Below are positions 42,246-54,180 of a stretch of 64,000 nt of DNA, piece after piece (within the stretch, counting starts at the first letter, position 1; every line of letters starts with the position of its first letter). The DNA lies in contig NC_087436.1 in the NCBI RefSeq assembly GCF_036321535.1, forward strand, positions 57,104,001 through 57,168,000, in the 5' to 3' direction. The stretch comes from Camelus dromedarius (lineage: Eukaryota). The notes beneath the pieces are model-generated. The model did not search any database. It was not told where the DNA came from and worked only from the letters and a program-made list of their open reading frames with translations. The position numbers were made by a program, and so were the translations under genes.

Positions 42246-43511
42246 TTGAACTCAGCAATTCCACTACTGGGATCTATATTACAGAAATAAAAAAACCAAT
42301 ATGTAGGAACACAGTACAAGAATGTTTATTGCACTATTGAAAATAAGATGACTGCTTGCTTATATGCAAGAAACACAAAATGTAGGACAGTATCTCTATA
42401 ACCCTATATTTTGGCAAAACCACACATTCGCACTCATATATGTATGTGTATATTAGTATTGTATATACATGTTTATGTATATTTGCATGTGATGACCTGA
42501 ACATGGGGATAAAAATGGAAGGCTATGTTAATTTGAGAAGAGGGGCAGGTTAGAATACTGGCTAGAGGATGGACTATAGAGTCAGACTGCCTGGGTTCAA
42601 ATGTGTCCCTGCAACTTAACACCTGTGTGACCTGAGGCAGGTTACTTTATCACTGAATATGTCCGTGCCTGACTTACTGCATGTGGACAGTGTGTCCACC
42701 ATATGGGATTGTTGATATGTATAAAGCACTCTGAACAGTTCCTGGTAATGGTAAGTGTGTAAAGTGTTAGTCCTAGACTTTTTTTTCTATAACATTGGTT
42801 GTTGCTGCAAGATGAGGGAGGGATGTGGGGAGGGCAGCAAATACCAAAAACAAACAGTCAGCACTAGGGAAAAAAATCTAATGATTTTATGAAACAATTA
42901 ATACATTTCTATAAAGTTACATACATGTGTGTATGTATACATACATAAAAAATTGGCATTTTCTCTAACGTGATTTATAAGAATAAGGAGAAAAATGAAA
43001 GTAATTTTTATACATTAAAGGTAATTAATATATGTTAAATAGAGTTATAGAAGCAAAGGAGTGTGCCACAAAATTCAAAATTCTGGAATGTCACTAAAAA
43101 ATCAGGATTAATCTGAGATTCCTAGTGAGAGTTGGTTGGTGGGATTCTTTTTACTTCATTCTTTTATGTTTTGTTTTGTGCAGTCAGATACGGGCTTACA
43201 TAAGAACATAACAAAAAGAAATGGAAACTCAATGAGTCAGAGTGAATTTGCTCAGCTCAGATCCTGTGATAAATGCTCATGTTATTTTATTCAACCATAT
43301 GTAAGCATGTACATCCATATATTAATATACACATATATATTAGGTGGATGTCATGGTTTTGCAAAAATGGGATTATAGAGATATTTACCTGCATTTTGCA
43401 TTTCTTGTCAGAATTACTGCTAGAATGCTTTCCATGTCAATAGCTCTAATTCATTGTTTTCAGTAATTGCATAATATTCCATGGTGCATATATGTCATAC
43501 CATTCTTTCTT

Positions 43512-43670
43512 TTTAAAGAAATCTTTTTGGGTTTTTTTGGGGGGGGTAACTAGGTCTATTTGTTTATTTATTTATCATTAATTTTTTAAATGGAGGCACT
43601 GGGGATTGAACCCAGGACCTCATGCATGCTAAGCACACATTCTACTGTTGAGCTATACCCACTTGCCCTG
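43512..43670 (-). mobile_element. tRNA-derived SINE (camelid vic-1-like)
   Basis: ggggattgaacccaggacctcatgcatgctaagc...gagctataccc. Flanking duplication taccatt(c/a)tttctt at 43498 and 43671. Confidence 0.85.
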
Positions 43671-45089
43671 TACCATTATTTCTTTAAAGGAGAACATTCC
43701 ACAAAGTGAGTGTTTTAAAGGGTTGCTCTTACTCACTGTCCTTGACCCAGTTGCACCTAGAAGCTCCTGGGCAAGAGAACTCCCCATGATTGCTTCATAG
43801 CAGATCTAATTATTGCTTTGGGATAGCTCTTTTTCAAGTGGGAAAAGAATCAAGTATTTGGAAATAATAGCTGAAGTCCATAGGAATCATGATTATAAGG
43901 ATTTTGGAGGTTTCTTGGTTTTGAGAAGTACCTTAAAAAAAAAAACTACTCAATCTGTCTAAAACACAGGTCTTACCTTGTTGTTTTAAAGTTTAAAACT
44001 CGTTAATGACTTCCATTGCCCTTAGAAGATCCAAAGTCCTTAAAACAGCTAATTAGGCACATCAAAACCTTTTTCATTTTCTCCAGCCGTATCTCCTTCT
44101 TTGCACTCAATTCTTAAACCATTCTGAACTGTGGGAAAGTTACCTTGGAAGCTTGATGGTGTCACTCATTTCTGAAATTTTTCATATACATTTTTTCTTT
44201 GAACTACCCTACTTGTTGCTTCCTTGATTTCTGTTCATTTTTCAAGCCTTAGCTTTGACATCACCTTTGAAATGCCTTAGCCTGACTGTGGTGCCTGTTG
44301 AGGTCTCCCTGCTCTGTGCTCCCACAATGCCTGTAATATTTTAATTATTTATTCAATTATACATTTTTCCTGAACTTCTATATTCTGGAGGTAGTATCTG
44401 TTGCGTATTTTCACTGCCTGTCACATGAGGTGCTCAATAAAAATTTATTGAATGAATGAATGCATAAAAAACTAAGGCTGCTAAGAAGAATGTAAGTAAA
44501 GCTGATCTGGAAACCTGATTAGGCCCAAGGATGTAACAGTAAAAAGTCCTGAGGAAATGAAGAGATGATCTGTCCAAATGGCTAAAGGTCATCTTGAGGT
44601 CAGTGATTAGCAATCCATGCTAAAGAAAATTTTAAATCTTTCATAAAATGATTCAGCAGTATTCTGTAATTAAAATAACCAATGACAGCAACATTTTATA
44701 AGTATGGTCCAAGCAGAGGCCAGAGTATTAATATCACATTAAAACATTAATACAGAGCAAAATTCAATACAATTAGTTTTAAATCACTTAAATTATAGAA
44801 ATACAAGTACCATGAAATAAATTATAAGACAGTCTCCATGATAACATTTCCAAGAAAGAAGACCAGACTGTAATATATAAACATATAGTATTTAAAAAAT
44901 AATCTTCCTTAATCAATTAGATAAATAATTGACTTACCATCTTCTCATAGTATGATTAATAACAATTATTTTTAGTAGAGGATATATGTTCTGTAATATT
45001 TCATAAACATGTTGTTAAATTGTTAATAACTCATGTTTTTGAATTGTTAATACATTTTCGTTCACTTAAACATTGAATGGATAAAATTT

Positions 45090-45515
45090 TTGAAAACAGC
45101 TTTATTGATATGTAATTCACATTTCATGTAATTTACACATTTAAAGTGTACAATTAAATTTTTTTTACTATATTCGCAGGGTTGTGCAACCATCACCACA
45201 ATCTAATTTTAGAACATCTTCTTCCCTGAAATAAACCCTGAACCCATTGCTGTTGCTTCCCATTCCCTTCTCTCTTTCCTCCAGCCCTAAACCACAGCTA
45301 ATCCACTTTGTGTCTCTATAGATCTGCCTATTCTGGACATTTCATGTAAATGGAATTATACAATATGTTGCTTTTTGTGTCTGTCTTCTTTCACTTAGCA
45401 AATGCTTTAAAAAAGTTTATCCATTCTATAGTATGTATCAGTATTTCTTTTTTATCATCAAATAACTCTATATTGCTTAGTTATACCACCTTTTATTTAT
45501 CCATCAATTGTTGGA
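45090..45515 (-). mobile_element. L1MB-type 3' end
   Basis: cagctttattgatatgtaattcaca...ttgtgcaaccatcaccacaatctaattttagaacat...tgcctattctggacatttcatgtaaatgg. Confidence 0.85.
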
Positions 45516-45613
45516 CTGAATAAACTTTAGAAAGCATGTTTGAGCAAATTACCCTAATCCTTAGCTACAAAAGAGTTTACTGTGAGAGCAGATCCATCTA
45601 TAATGTGGAATTA

Positions 45614-45736
45614 AGGGTATAGCTCAATTGGTAGAGTGCATGCTTAGCATGCATGAGGTCCTGGGTTCAATCCCCAGTACCTCCAAAGAGTAAATAAATC
45701 AACCTAATTACCTCCCTCAAAAAGTTTTTTAAATAA
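45614..45736 (+). mobile_element. tRNA-derived SINE (camelid vic-1-like)
   Basis: gggtatagctcaattggtagagtgcatgcttagcatgcatgaggtcctgggttcaatccccagtacctcc...acctaattacctccc. Confidence 0.85.
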
Positions 45737-47879
45737 TCAATTGATTACCAAAACACACTCTAATCTGGGTTGGTTTAAAAGAGTTTGTGTGATAAAAATT
45801 TCTGGGACAAATACTTTTCTATACAAAAACTAAGATTCTGTGGTTTCTAAGATATGCCTCTTCACCTCACAGAAATGATGTGAGGACAAAGTGATATAAT
45901 ATAATGACCTGTGTGTAATGTTTTAGGTTCAGATTGGAAGCTAGAGTGGTTCTATCCTGCAGTTCTTTCAGGCTGTCCCACCACTCCTCCTATTAACTGC
46001 AGCAGATCCTCCACTCCCTAGATTCTTCCTCAGTTTGGTGATCCTTGAGTCCACTCCAGATCTTAGGTCTTCCTGTACTCAGCCACCATCTGCCTTCTCT
46101 ACCCAGCACTATGACTCTTTGACCTTGCTAGATAAAGTTCCCTGTGGTGTTGATCGGTGCCTCCAGAAATATTTCATCTTCAATATTGCTGGGGGAATCA
46201 GTGCCAATGGAAAATCCTTTTACAGTCTTAGGACTTTACAGTCTTAGGACAGTTTTCTTTTTCTTTCCTGTTTTCTTTGTCAGGTATTTTAAACATATTT
46301 AAGCTATCTTCAGATACTCTTTAAGTCGTGAATGAATCACAATGAATCACACTCTGCAGAATTATTGAGAAAATTCTCCTGAATAAGGAAGAATTTACCT
46401 ACTACTTTATCTACATTTAAATCTACTCTTGTATTTCAATGTTCTTGATCTGTGTTCTTGATTTCTATCTCTTCAGGGATCTTGTTTCTTCTCTTGTCTA
46501 CAGCTTCATCATGTTCCTATTTATTCAGTCATTAGCTCTTTTAAAAGAAGTCTACCCAGATTCTTTCTTTTCCTCCTTTTACTCTTCAAACCACTGAGTT
46601 TATGGATCATTTCTTTAAGAGCCAAACATAAAACCCTCACCTTCCCTTTTCTCGCTCTCCTCACTCCTCCCTGGATAGGGCACAGAGAAGCTAGTCTGTG
46701 CTTCCCTAACTCTCGTCTGTGTATTTTCCCCACTAAACTGTAAGACAAGAATTTCTGGAGACAGGAATTATGTCTTGTTATCTTTGACTCACCAGAGACC
46801 TCGTTTGTTCTTGGCACATAGTTGCTGAGTGGAACGTAGGGTTGAGGAGGGGAAGCTGCCAAATCAGAAGAGATACTTAGCCTTGCTTAAATCAGATTTG
46901 TATATGTTATTAATACAAATATTTTAGAAATTGTATGTTGTATGGGAAGTTCACAGAGAATTGTTAATGTCCTCACTGTCCATGATATGTTTCTGTTTAT
47001 CAGAGTTCTCTTAATAGCTTTGCCTGGTATTAGCCAACAACAATATAGTATTATTAGTCCTAATTTCAGTTATTTAAAAAAAATGTTGGCCACAGCTTTA
47101 CTTCTTTAATTTGAATCTGGCATCTTGTAGGCAAGTGGCTTTCAATTGGGGATTCACATCACTTACTGATGAAATTTTGTGAAGTAAAGGAAGTAATCAT
47201 CATACAGATGATTAAGACCTACTCCAGACTTACAGAATCCTTTTACTTGATATTCTTGATATAGTCTTGGTATATCTTCTAACTCTATATGCTTAGTGTA
47301 TTCATAGTATATTATGTCTCAGAATTATTATATACTGTATCCAAAGTTTTTTTCTTATAAAGATTGTTTAGTCATTTTCATAAATTAGATGTGATATACA
47401 TGCTTTTTTGAAAATAGGTTAATCATTATGTTTATAGACATTTTTTTCTGGATTGATTTTATTGTTTGATTTTGCATACCACAGAAGCAACCAAATTTCT
47501 CTGTCAGTTGCACTGTTCTTGTTAAGAACTCTTATCTGACCTTTCACTTTGGAAAAGTATTAGTAATAGTTCAACCACAGTCATTTTAAGTGTGTCATAT
47601 ACAGATAGTTTCTTGTTTTTCTCTAATGCTTCCCTGAAAGCTCTTACAATCAGCTACAGGCCTGAATACTTCATCAGCAAAGGACTGTCTCAGTGCTCTG
47701 TGGAAAAGGATGATGCCAGGTATTACTGGGTACAGGCTTCTGGTGGTATTGCTTAAAGAACTTTGACATCATACCAGTGAGCTAAGTCAGGGTTTCCAGA
47801 ACTCAAGTTAAGAAGCAGAGGGTGTAAGAAACTGCTAGCCCTAGATCAAGCAGTGTAAGAATTAATTACATAGGATTAA

Positions 47880-50430
47880 ATGAACTAATGAGAGATGATT
47901 ATAGTGTTTGTTTGGAAGATTGTTAATGTTTAACAATTTAGTAGACTCTGCTTTTTAAAACAAAAATAAAACACTTGTAAATGATCTTTTTCTTCCCGTT
48001 TAGCTCTCTAGAATTTGGAAACTATTATAGAGTATGCTTATTTTAATACCAATATAGTTATTTTCCTAGATTCAAAAATAATCTGTCTTCTTTGTTACCA
48101 GAGCATAATTGGAAACATTGGTCATGCAACTGAGACCTTGCTTGGAGTGTCATATTTGAGAATGATGTTCGTTTAATCTGTATAACCAGGTACTTTTAAG
48201 GAAATAAGATTGACTTTATGGAGCAATGCTTACAAATTCCTGCTGAGAAAACTAGCCTGGTACCTGGCTATGGTGTTCCTTGCCTTATAGGTGACTAAGG
48301 AAGTTTACTTCCTGGCAAGCCCAGACACCTTAAGATATTTGGGGGATTTTGAGAGTAGAGGAATTATCCCAAATTTATAGCTACTGCTGGTGAAATCTAA
48401 TATCAGTCTCTTGACTTGGCTTCCTAGTCTCAAGAGGCCTTTAAAAGTCTGATCTGATATTTCACATGAAATTTCCAGCAAAGCAAATTTAACAAGGCCC
48501 AGATAGTAAATTACCGTTTTCACTACACCTATGTAAATAATCAGGCTAACTCTAATTATGCCAGTTTTATTTTGTGATCAAGAATAATCTTTGTTATTAT
48601 TTTTGAGCAAAAGGTAGGTAATGTAGAAATTTTGTGCTTCAGTGGAAAATTGAAAACATCATTTATAGCACACCCTTACCAGTTATCAGATGTAAGCCTA
48701 GTTCATGGTTTCCATCTCTTTGCATATCTCTTTGTAAATTATAGGTAGCTGATTAATATGCAAATTCTGTCTTGTCTGGCCGAGATTTAAATGACTTCCA
48801 CCCCATTCCCATGGAGAAATCAATTTGGGTACCTACCTGTAAATTGGATTTGATTTAGTAACACCGATAAATTTGCCAATCCCTACCAAGTTTTAAATTT
48901 TACAAGTTTCCTTTGACATCTGGCTACCGTTATCCAAACTGTTTCCAGTTTTTCTTCCTTCTGCCTGACTGCATTATGGGGAACTGACACCTGACTGCTC
49001 AAATCCTCAGGACTCTAGGCTGCCTAGCAGCCGACCCTTTCTACAGAATCAGAAGAAGCCTTTCCGGCTGAAACCTGATGACCTGATATAAACCTCGAAG
49101 GACTCTGCAGCAGTCCATGTGTGGGCTGGATTTCTCCCTTAACAAGTGGTTGTCTGGACCACCAAGGAAGTCCAGAGAAACTCTTGGGCTACATGTGCCC
49201 TTATTATGTAAGGTGAAGCCAAGACTGTGGACAGCAACACCAAGAGCATTGGCACCCTAGCTCAGAGCGTGAAACTCAACAAGTAGTGCTGCACAACCAA
49301 AAGATTCTCCTCAGCAACCTCTTGGAATCTCCTGGACTGGTTACCTACTTGGGGAGAGGGAAATTTCTCTCTACCCCTCTGTGTTTTGGAACTGGACTAA
49401 TAATAAAATTGACATAAGATGGAGTAACAGGAGAAAAAGAAACAGATTCTAATTCCTGCGCATGTAGGTCTCAGAGAAATGGGACCTAAGAAGTGGCCAA
49501 AGCAGGTAGCTTTTCTATTTTTTAGACAAAGAAACAATAAATTTTAGATTTTGGATGCTTAGTTAAGAATGGAAACAAAGTTTGGGCTTGAGACAGTTAA
49601 AGAAATAACAAGGTTTGTTTATACAGGCCTCTCTCCAGAATTCCCTGTCTCTTGTGGTAAGTGTCATTCTACCTCCGGGCGCAGGGAGTGCACCTTTCAT
49701 ATGAGAGATTTCTTTCCTGCTTTCAGGGAGACAGGGAGGAAGGTCAAAGTGTCCCTCTGGCATTAGGTCTTCTTAAGTAACTTTAATTCAAAATAATGTC
49801 ATGAGGCACACTTTGGGGTGGCCTGCCCAGGGCCCCAGTACCCTCAAGTTTCAACCCTTGGCTCTTTACCTTAATATAAGCTTTTATAGTGACATTTCTC
49901 TTTCCTTTTAAGCATCCCTCTTTTAAAATGTGTTGTCATTAAGGCCTCCAGGACTCTAAAACAATTGACCTCTCAACAAATGACTCAATTGATTTTACAG
50001 GAATAATGCCAACTAGAACCCTTGAGAGACTATTTCTCAGACCTTGCTTCATCCCAGTCAGGAGGTTGATGATCAGCCCTGAGTTGTTCAGGATGAATGA
50101 CATTCATTTGTCTTGAACAATTGTCATTGTCTTGATATTGTGGAATATCATCTGAGCCCTGAGTTACTGGAAAGCAGTGACAGCCAGGACCCTTCTGCCC
50201 TACTCTTTTATGTTCCAAGAAATGGCTGATATTACAAGACTACGTTAATGTCACATACTCCTAGATAAGACCCATCCCCCTCCTCCCTCAGTGAATCCTG
50301 GTTTATCTCTGTAAAACCCTAATGCCGTTTCTTTTTCCCTGAGATGTTCCTTATTAATGAATGATCCCTCTACTACAGTAGCCTGAATAAAACTATCTCC
50401 TTAATTGTCAGGTTTGTTTTACCTTTCACA
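47880..50430 (+). mobile_element. Degenerate ERV1 (MER4-group-like) internal region plus 3' LTR (about 50070-50430)
   Basis: 48100-48600 resembles non-coding MER4-group internal sequence. Purine tract ggaggttga is followed by TG...aataaa...CA ending at 50430. Confidence 0.6.
49347..49840 (-). mobile_element. Solo LTR inserted in the ERV internal region, probably antisense
   Basis: Inverted termini tact(t)gggg...ccccagta bound a ~490 bp block of distinct, LTR-like character. Family and exact TSD not resolved. Confidence 0.55.
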
Positions 50431-52819
50431 CTAGGGTTAGTTATATGAGTTTGAGATCAAAATTGTGGTAGAGCTGAAATGTGGCTTTGAAGAGCAGGAC
50501 AGTTGTAACTGCTTAACCAGAATGGCAGCCCACTAGCTTAAAGAATGTTAATTCACCTTTATTAAATTCACTGTTATTGAACACTTTTGGGATTAGGAGA
50601 TCTGTATCAAACAAGGGAGGTAGCAGTAAAAATATAATGATTTAATTCCTAAAATAAGGTAGACCGTGAGCATCCAAAATGCTACATATCTGCCCTGAGA
50701 TTTTAAAAAAGAAATCAAGCAAAAAACTTATTAAAGAACATATATAAACTGGGTGTCAGTATGTCCTAACCAATTCTGTGCTGTCTCAGTAATTGCCTGC
50801 TATAAGGTATTGTACTAGAAATTGTAATTGAAGCTGATTAATTGATTTTGAGGCATTTAAGTTGATTTCCATTAAAAATCCACTCTGAATTGAAGCATTA
50901 TGAAGAACTACCAATACATGAAAAACATATGGCTAGAACCTCTAGAGATATTTGATTATCCCTGAGAGTTGTCACACAGATCTTCTTGCTTCATTGTTAT
51001 CAAAAAAAAAAATTCATGCTGCCTGCTTTATTTGGATTGCAGATCATGTGGCCACGAATAGAAACAACTTGTATGTTTTTGGACTAGATAGTAGCCAGCA
51101 GATGTGAATCAGAGCCTGATGCAGGTACTGAGGCTGAGGTTCTGTGGACTGGCACTGCTTAATGTCTGCTTCCTGCAAGATAGATAACCCTATCCAAGGT
51201 CTTCTAGAGATTCTCCAAGGACAAAGCAGCAAAGATAGCTTATCCAGCAGTAGGAAACCCAGAAATAGTGTGAGCTTGGTGTTACTCATGCACGTGCCCC
51301 AGAGGTGGAACATGAAATACCGGGATCTGGAAGGCTGCAACTGTTTACTGATAGTTGTGCTGCCATTGTCTTCTCAAACGAGATTAAAGAATGATTTGAA
51401 AAGTGGGAGGCAGCCTGGAGGTTGTAGAGCCAGTGAAAGGCAGCCAGTAAATATTTTAGCTCCACAGGAAGCAAACTAGATCTTTGAATTTGAGTGCAAA
51501 CAGTAGGATTATTTGAGAGACATCTAAAGGTAAGCTAAACATTTTAATGTACCCATTCTTCAACAAAGGCTGGGATCAGAGTTTATGGGAAAATCATTTC
51601 TATAGCTTTAGCAGAATGAGAGGAAATGTACGATACAACATGAAAAAAAAAAAAAAAACCCCAATGATGTCAACAGTTGTAAAAGAATCAGTATAACTTC
51701 AGTGTGCTAGGTCGCGTTTAAAAAATAGGTGGAGGTCCTGTGTTATTGAAAGGTTGAGGCAGAAGAAGGAATCAGACAGAAATGAAGAAATGAGAGGACT
51801 CTAGCACTCTGAGGGACTGCACTTTTAGCCTATTTCTTTTCTAGTAATAATTTTCCTTTACACTTAACATAGTAGAATTAGCCTTTTTTGCTGGCTCTTT
51901 GAATTTTGTGTATTTGGAATGCTTTTGACCAACTCTTGGCAGGGAAGACTTAAAACTCAGTCATACTTTTCATTAAATGATACTTTTCAGTTTGTGGGAA
52001 TGAGTGAAGCCCTCAGAAAAGAGCAAGTATACTAAGTGATTCTTTAAATTCAAATATGTTCTCAAGAGCCAGGAGAATTCATAAGACTTTTTATATGCAC
52101 TTAATTATTTCCTTTAGACTCTTATAGACTGTAGGATAAATTTTTTATATTGTGCAAGAGATTTTTTTTTAAGTAACTTGGATTTCAAATATTTCTGTAT
52201 CTGTTATATGTAATAATCCCTGTAGAAGGCATTTCAAAATTGTGTTTAATAGGCTCAAAATAATTTCAGACTTAATTTCCATGGTTTAGAAGAATTTTTC
52301 TTCCTTGGATTTGCCTAAACTTATAAAGCAATTCTTACCACAGTAAATGTGACCACTTAAAAAAAACATTTCCCCAAACAGCATAGTCTGTTACATTTGT
52401 CCCTATGTTCAATAACAGTAACTACTCTGAAAGACTGAAATATGGAAATGTTTATTTTAAATATCCAGCTACAAGACATTTTCTGTAATAGAACAGTATT
52501 TTTCTGCATCTACCCTTTAATTCAGTGTATCTATTAGGATATAGATAAGTTAGATAAAGTGCATAATTAAAACATACTTTAGAGATACTTTAAATTAATT
52601 AGAAAAGTTAATATCTTGTCTTTCATATTTTTCCAGTTGTTTATTTCCATTGTAACTTAAGTTTGATTTAAGTTCAGCACAGGTATAGACCATGCCTGTG
52701 TTGCATAAGGCTGTATCTTTAGTATCTAAAACAGAAATTGGCACTTGGGCACCTGAAAGATATTTGCTGAATGAATATTTCCAAAACAGGAAAGGGTAAA
52801 AAGATAACATTTTAAATGC

Positions 52820-54180
52820 CTTTGGTTTTTCTTTTCTTTCTTTTTTTAAATTGAAGTATAGTCAGTTTACAATGTTGTGTCAGTTTCTAGTTTATAGCAT
52901 AATAGCTCAGTCATACATATACATACAAATATTCATTTTCATATCCTTTTTCATTATAGGTTTCTACAAGATATTGAATATAGTTCCCTGTGCTATACAG
53001 TATGAACTTGTTGTTTATCTGTTTTATATGTAGTAGTTAGTATCTGCAAATCTCAAACTCCCCATTTATCCCTTCCAACTCCCTTTTCCCCCTGGTAACC
53101 CTAAGTTTGCTTTCTATGTGAGTCTGTTTCTGTTTTGTAAATAAGTTTATTTGTCTCTCTTTTTTTTTTTTTTTTTTTAGATTCCACATGTGAGTGATAT
53201 CATATGGCATTTTTCTTTCTCTTTCTGGCTTCCTTCACTTAGAATGATGATCTTGAGGTCCATCCATGTTGCTCAAATGGCATTTTTTATTTTTATGGCT
53301 GAGTAGTTCCATTGTATAAATATGCCACAATTTCTTTATCCGGTCATCTGTTGATGGACATTTAGGTTGTTTCCATGTCTTGGCTATGGTATCTAGTGCT
53401 GCTATGAACATTGGAGTGCATGTATCTTCTTGAAATAAAGTTCCCTCTGGATTTATGCCCAGGAGTGGGATTGCTGGATCATATGGAAAGTCTACTTTTA
53501 GTTTTTTGAGCAATTTCCATACTGTTTCCCATAACGGCTGAACCAAACTGCATTCCCACCAGCAGTGTAGGAGGGTTCCCTTTTCTCCACACCCTCTCCA
53601 GCATTTATCGTTTGTGGACTTTTGAATGATGGCCATTCTGACTGGTGTGAGGTGATACCTCATTGTAGTTTTGATTTGCATTTCTCTGATAATTACCGAT
53701 ATTGAGCATTTTTTTCATGTGCCTATTGGCTATTTCTGTGTCTTCATTGGAGAATTCCTTGTTTAGGTCTTAGGCCCATTTTTGGATTGAGTTAATTTTT
53801 TTTATTATTAAGTTTTATGAGCTATGTATATTTCTGGAAATTAAGCCCTTGTCAGTCTCATCTTTTGCAAATATTTTCTCCCATTCTGTAAGTTGTCTTT
53901 TTGTTTGCTTTGCTGTGCAAAAGCTTATAAGTTTAATTAGATCCCATTTATTTATTTTTGCTTTTATTTCTATTGCCTGGGTAGACTGACCTATGAGAAC
54001 ATTGCTAAGATTTATGTCAGAGAATATTTTGCCTATGTTTTCTTCTAGGAGGTTTGTAGTGTCTTGTTTAATTCTTTAAGCCATTGTGAGTTTATTTTTG
54101 TGTATGGTGTGAGGGAGTATTCCAGCTTCATTGATTTACATGCAGCTGTCCAGTTTTCCCAACACCATTTACTGAAGAGA
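52820..54180 (-). mobile_element. 5'-truncated lineage-type L1 (ORF2 C-terminus, 3' UTR, poly(A))
   Basis: ORF 53235-53681 [49 protein letters not shown] is the L1 ORF2p cysteine-rich C-terminus. T-tract at the left end. Possible TSD ttaaatgc at 52812 and 54181. Confidence 0.95.

Noticed and set aside
45614..45690. tRNA-like sequence with A and B boxes (also at 22620, 43600 and 62880)
   Set aside because: Followed by a shared non-tRNA tail and A-rich end, with TSDs on two copies and no proper acceptor stem. These are SINEs, not tRNA genes.
53235..53681. Longest ORF in the window (148 aa)
   Set aside because: Fragment of the L1 ORF2p C-terminus in a 5'-truncated element; not a host gene.
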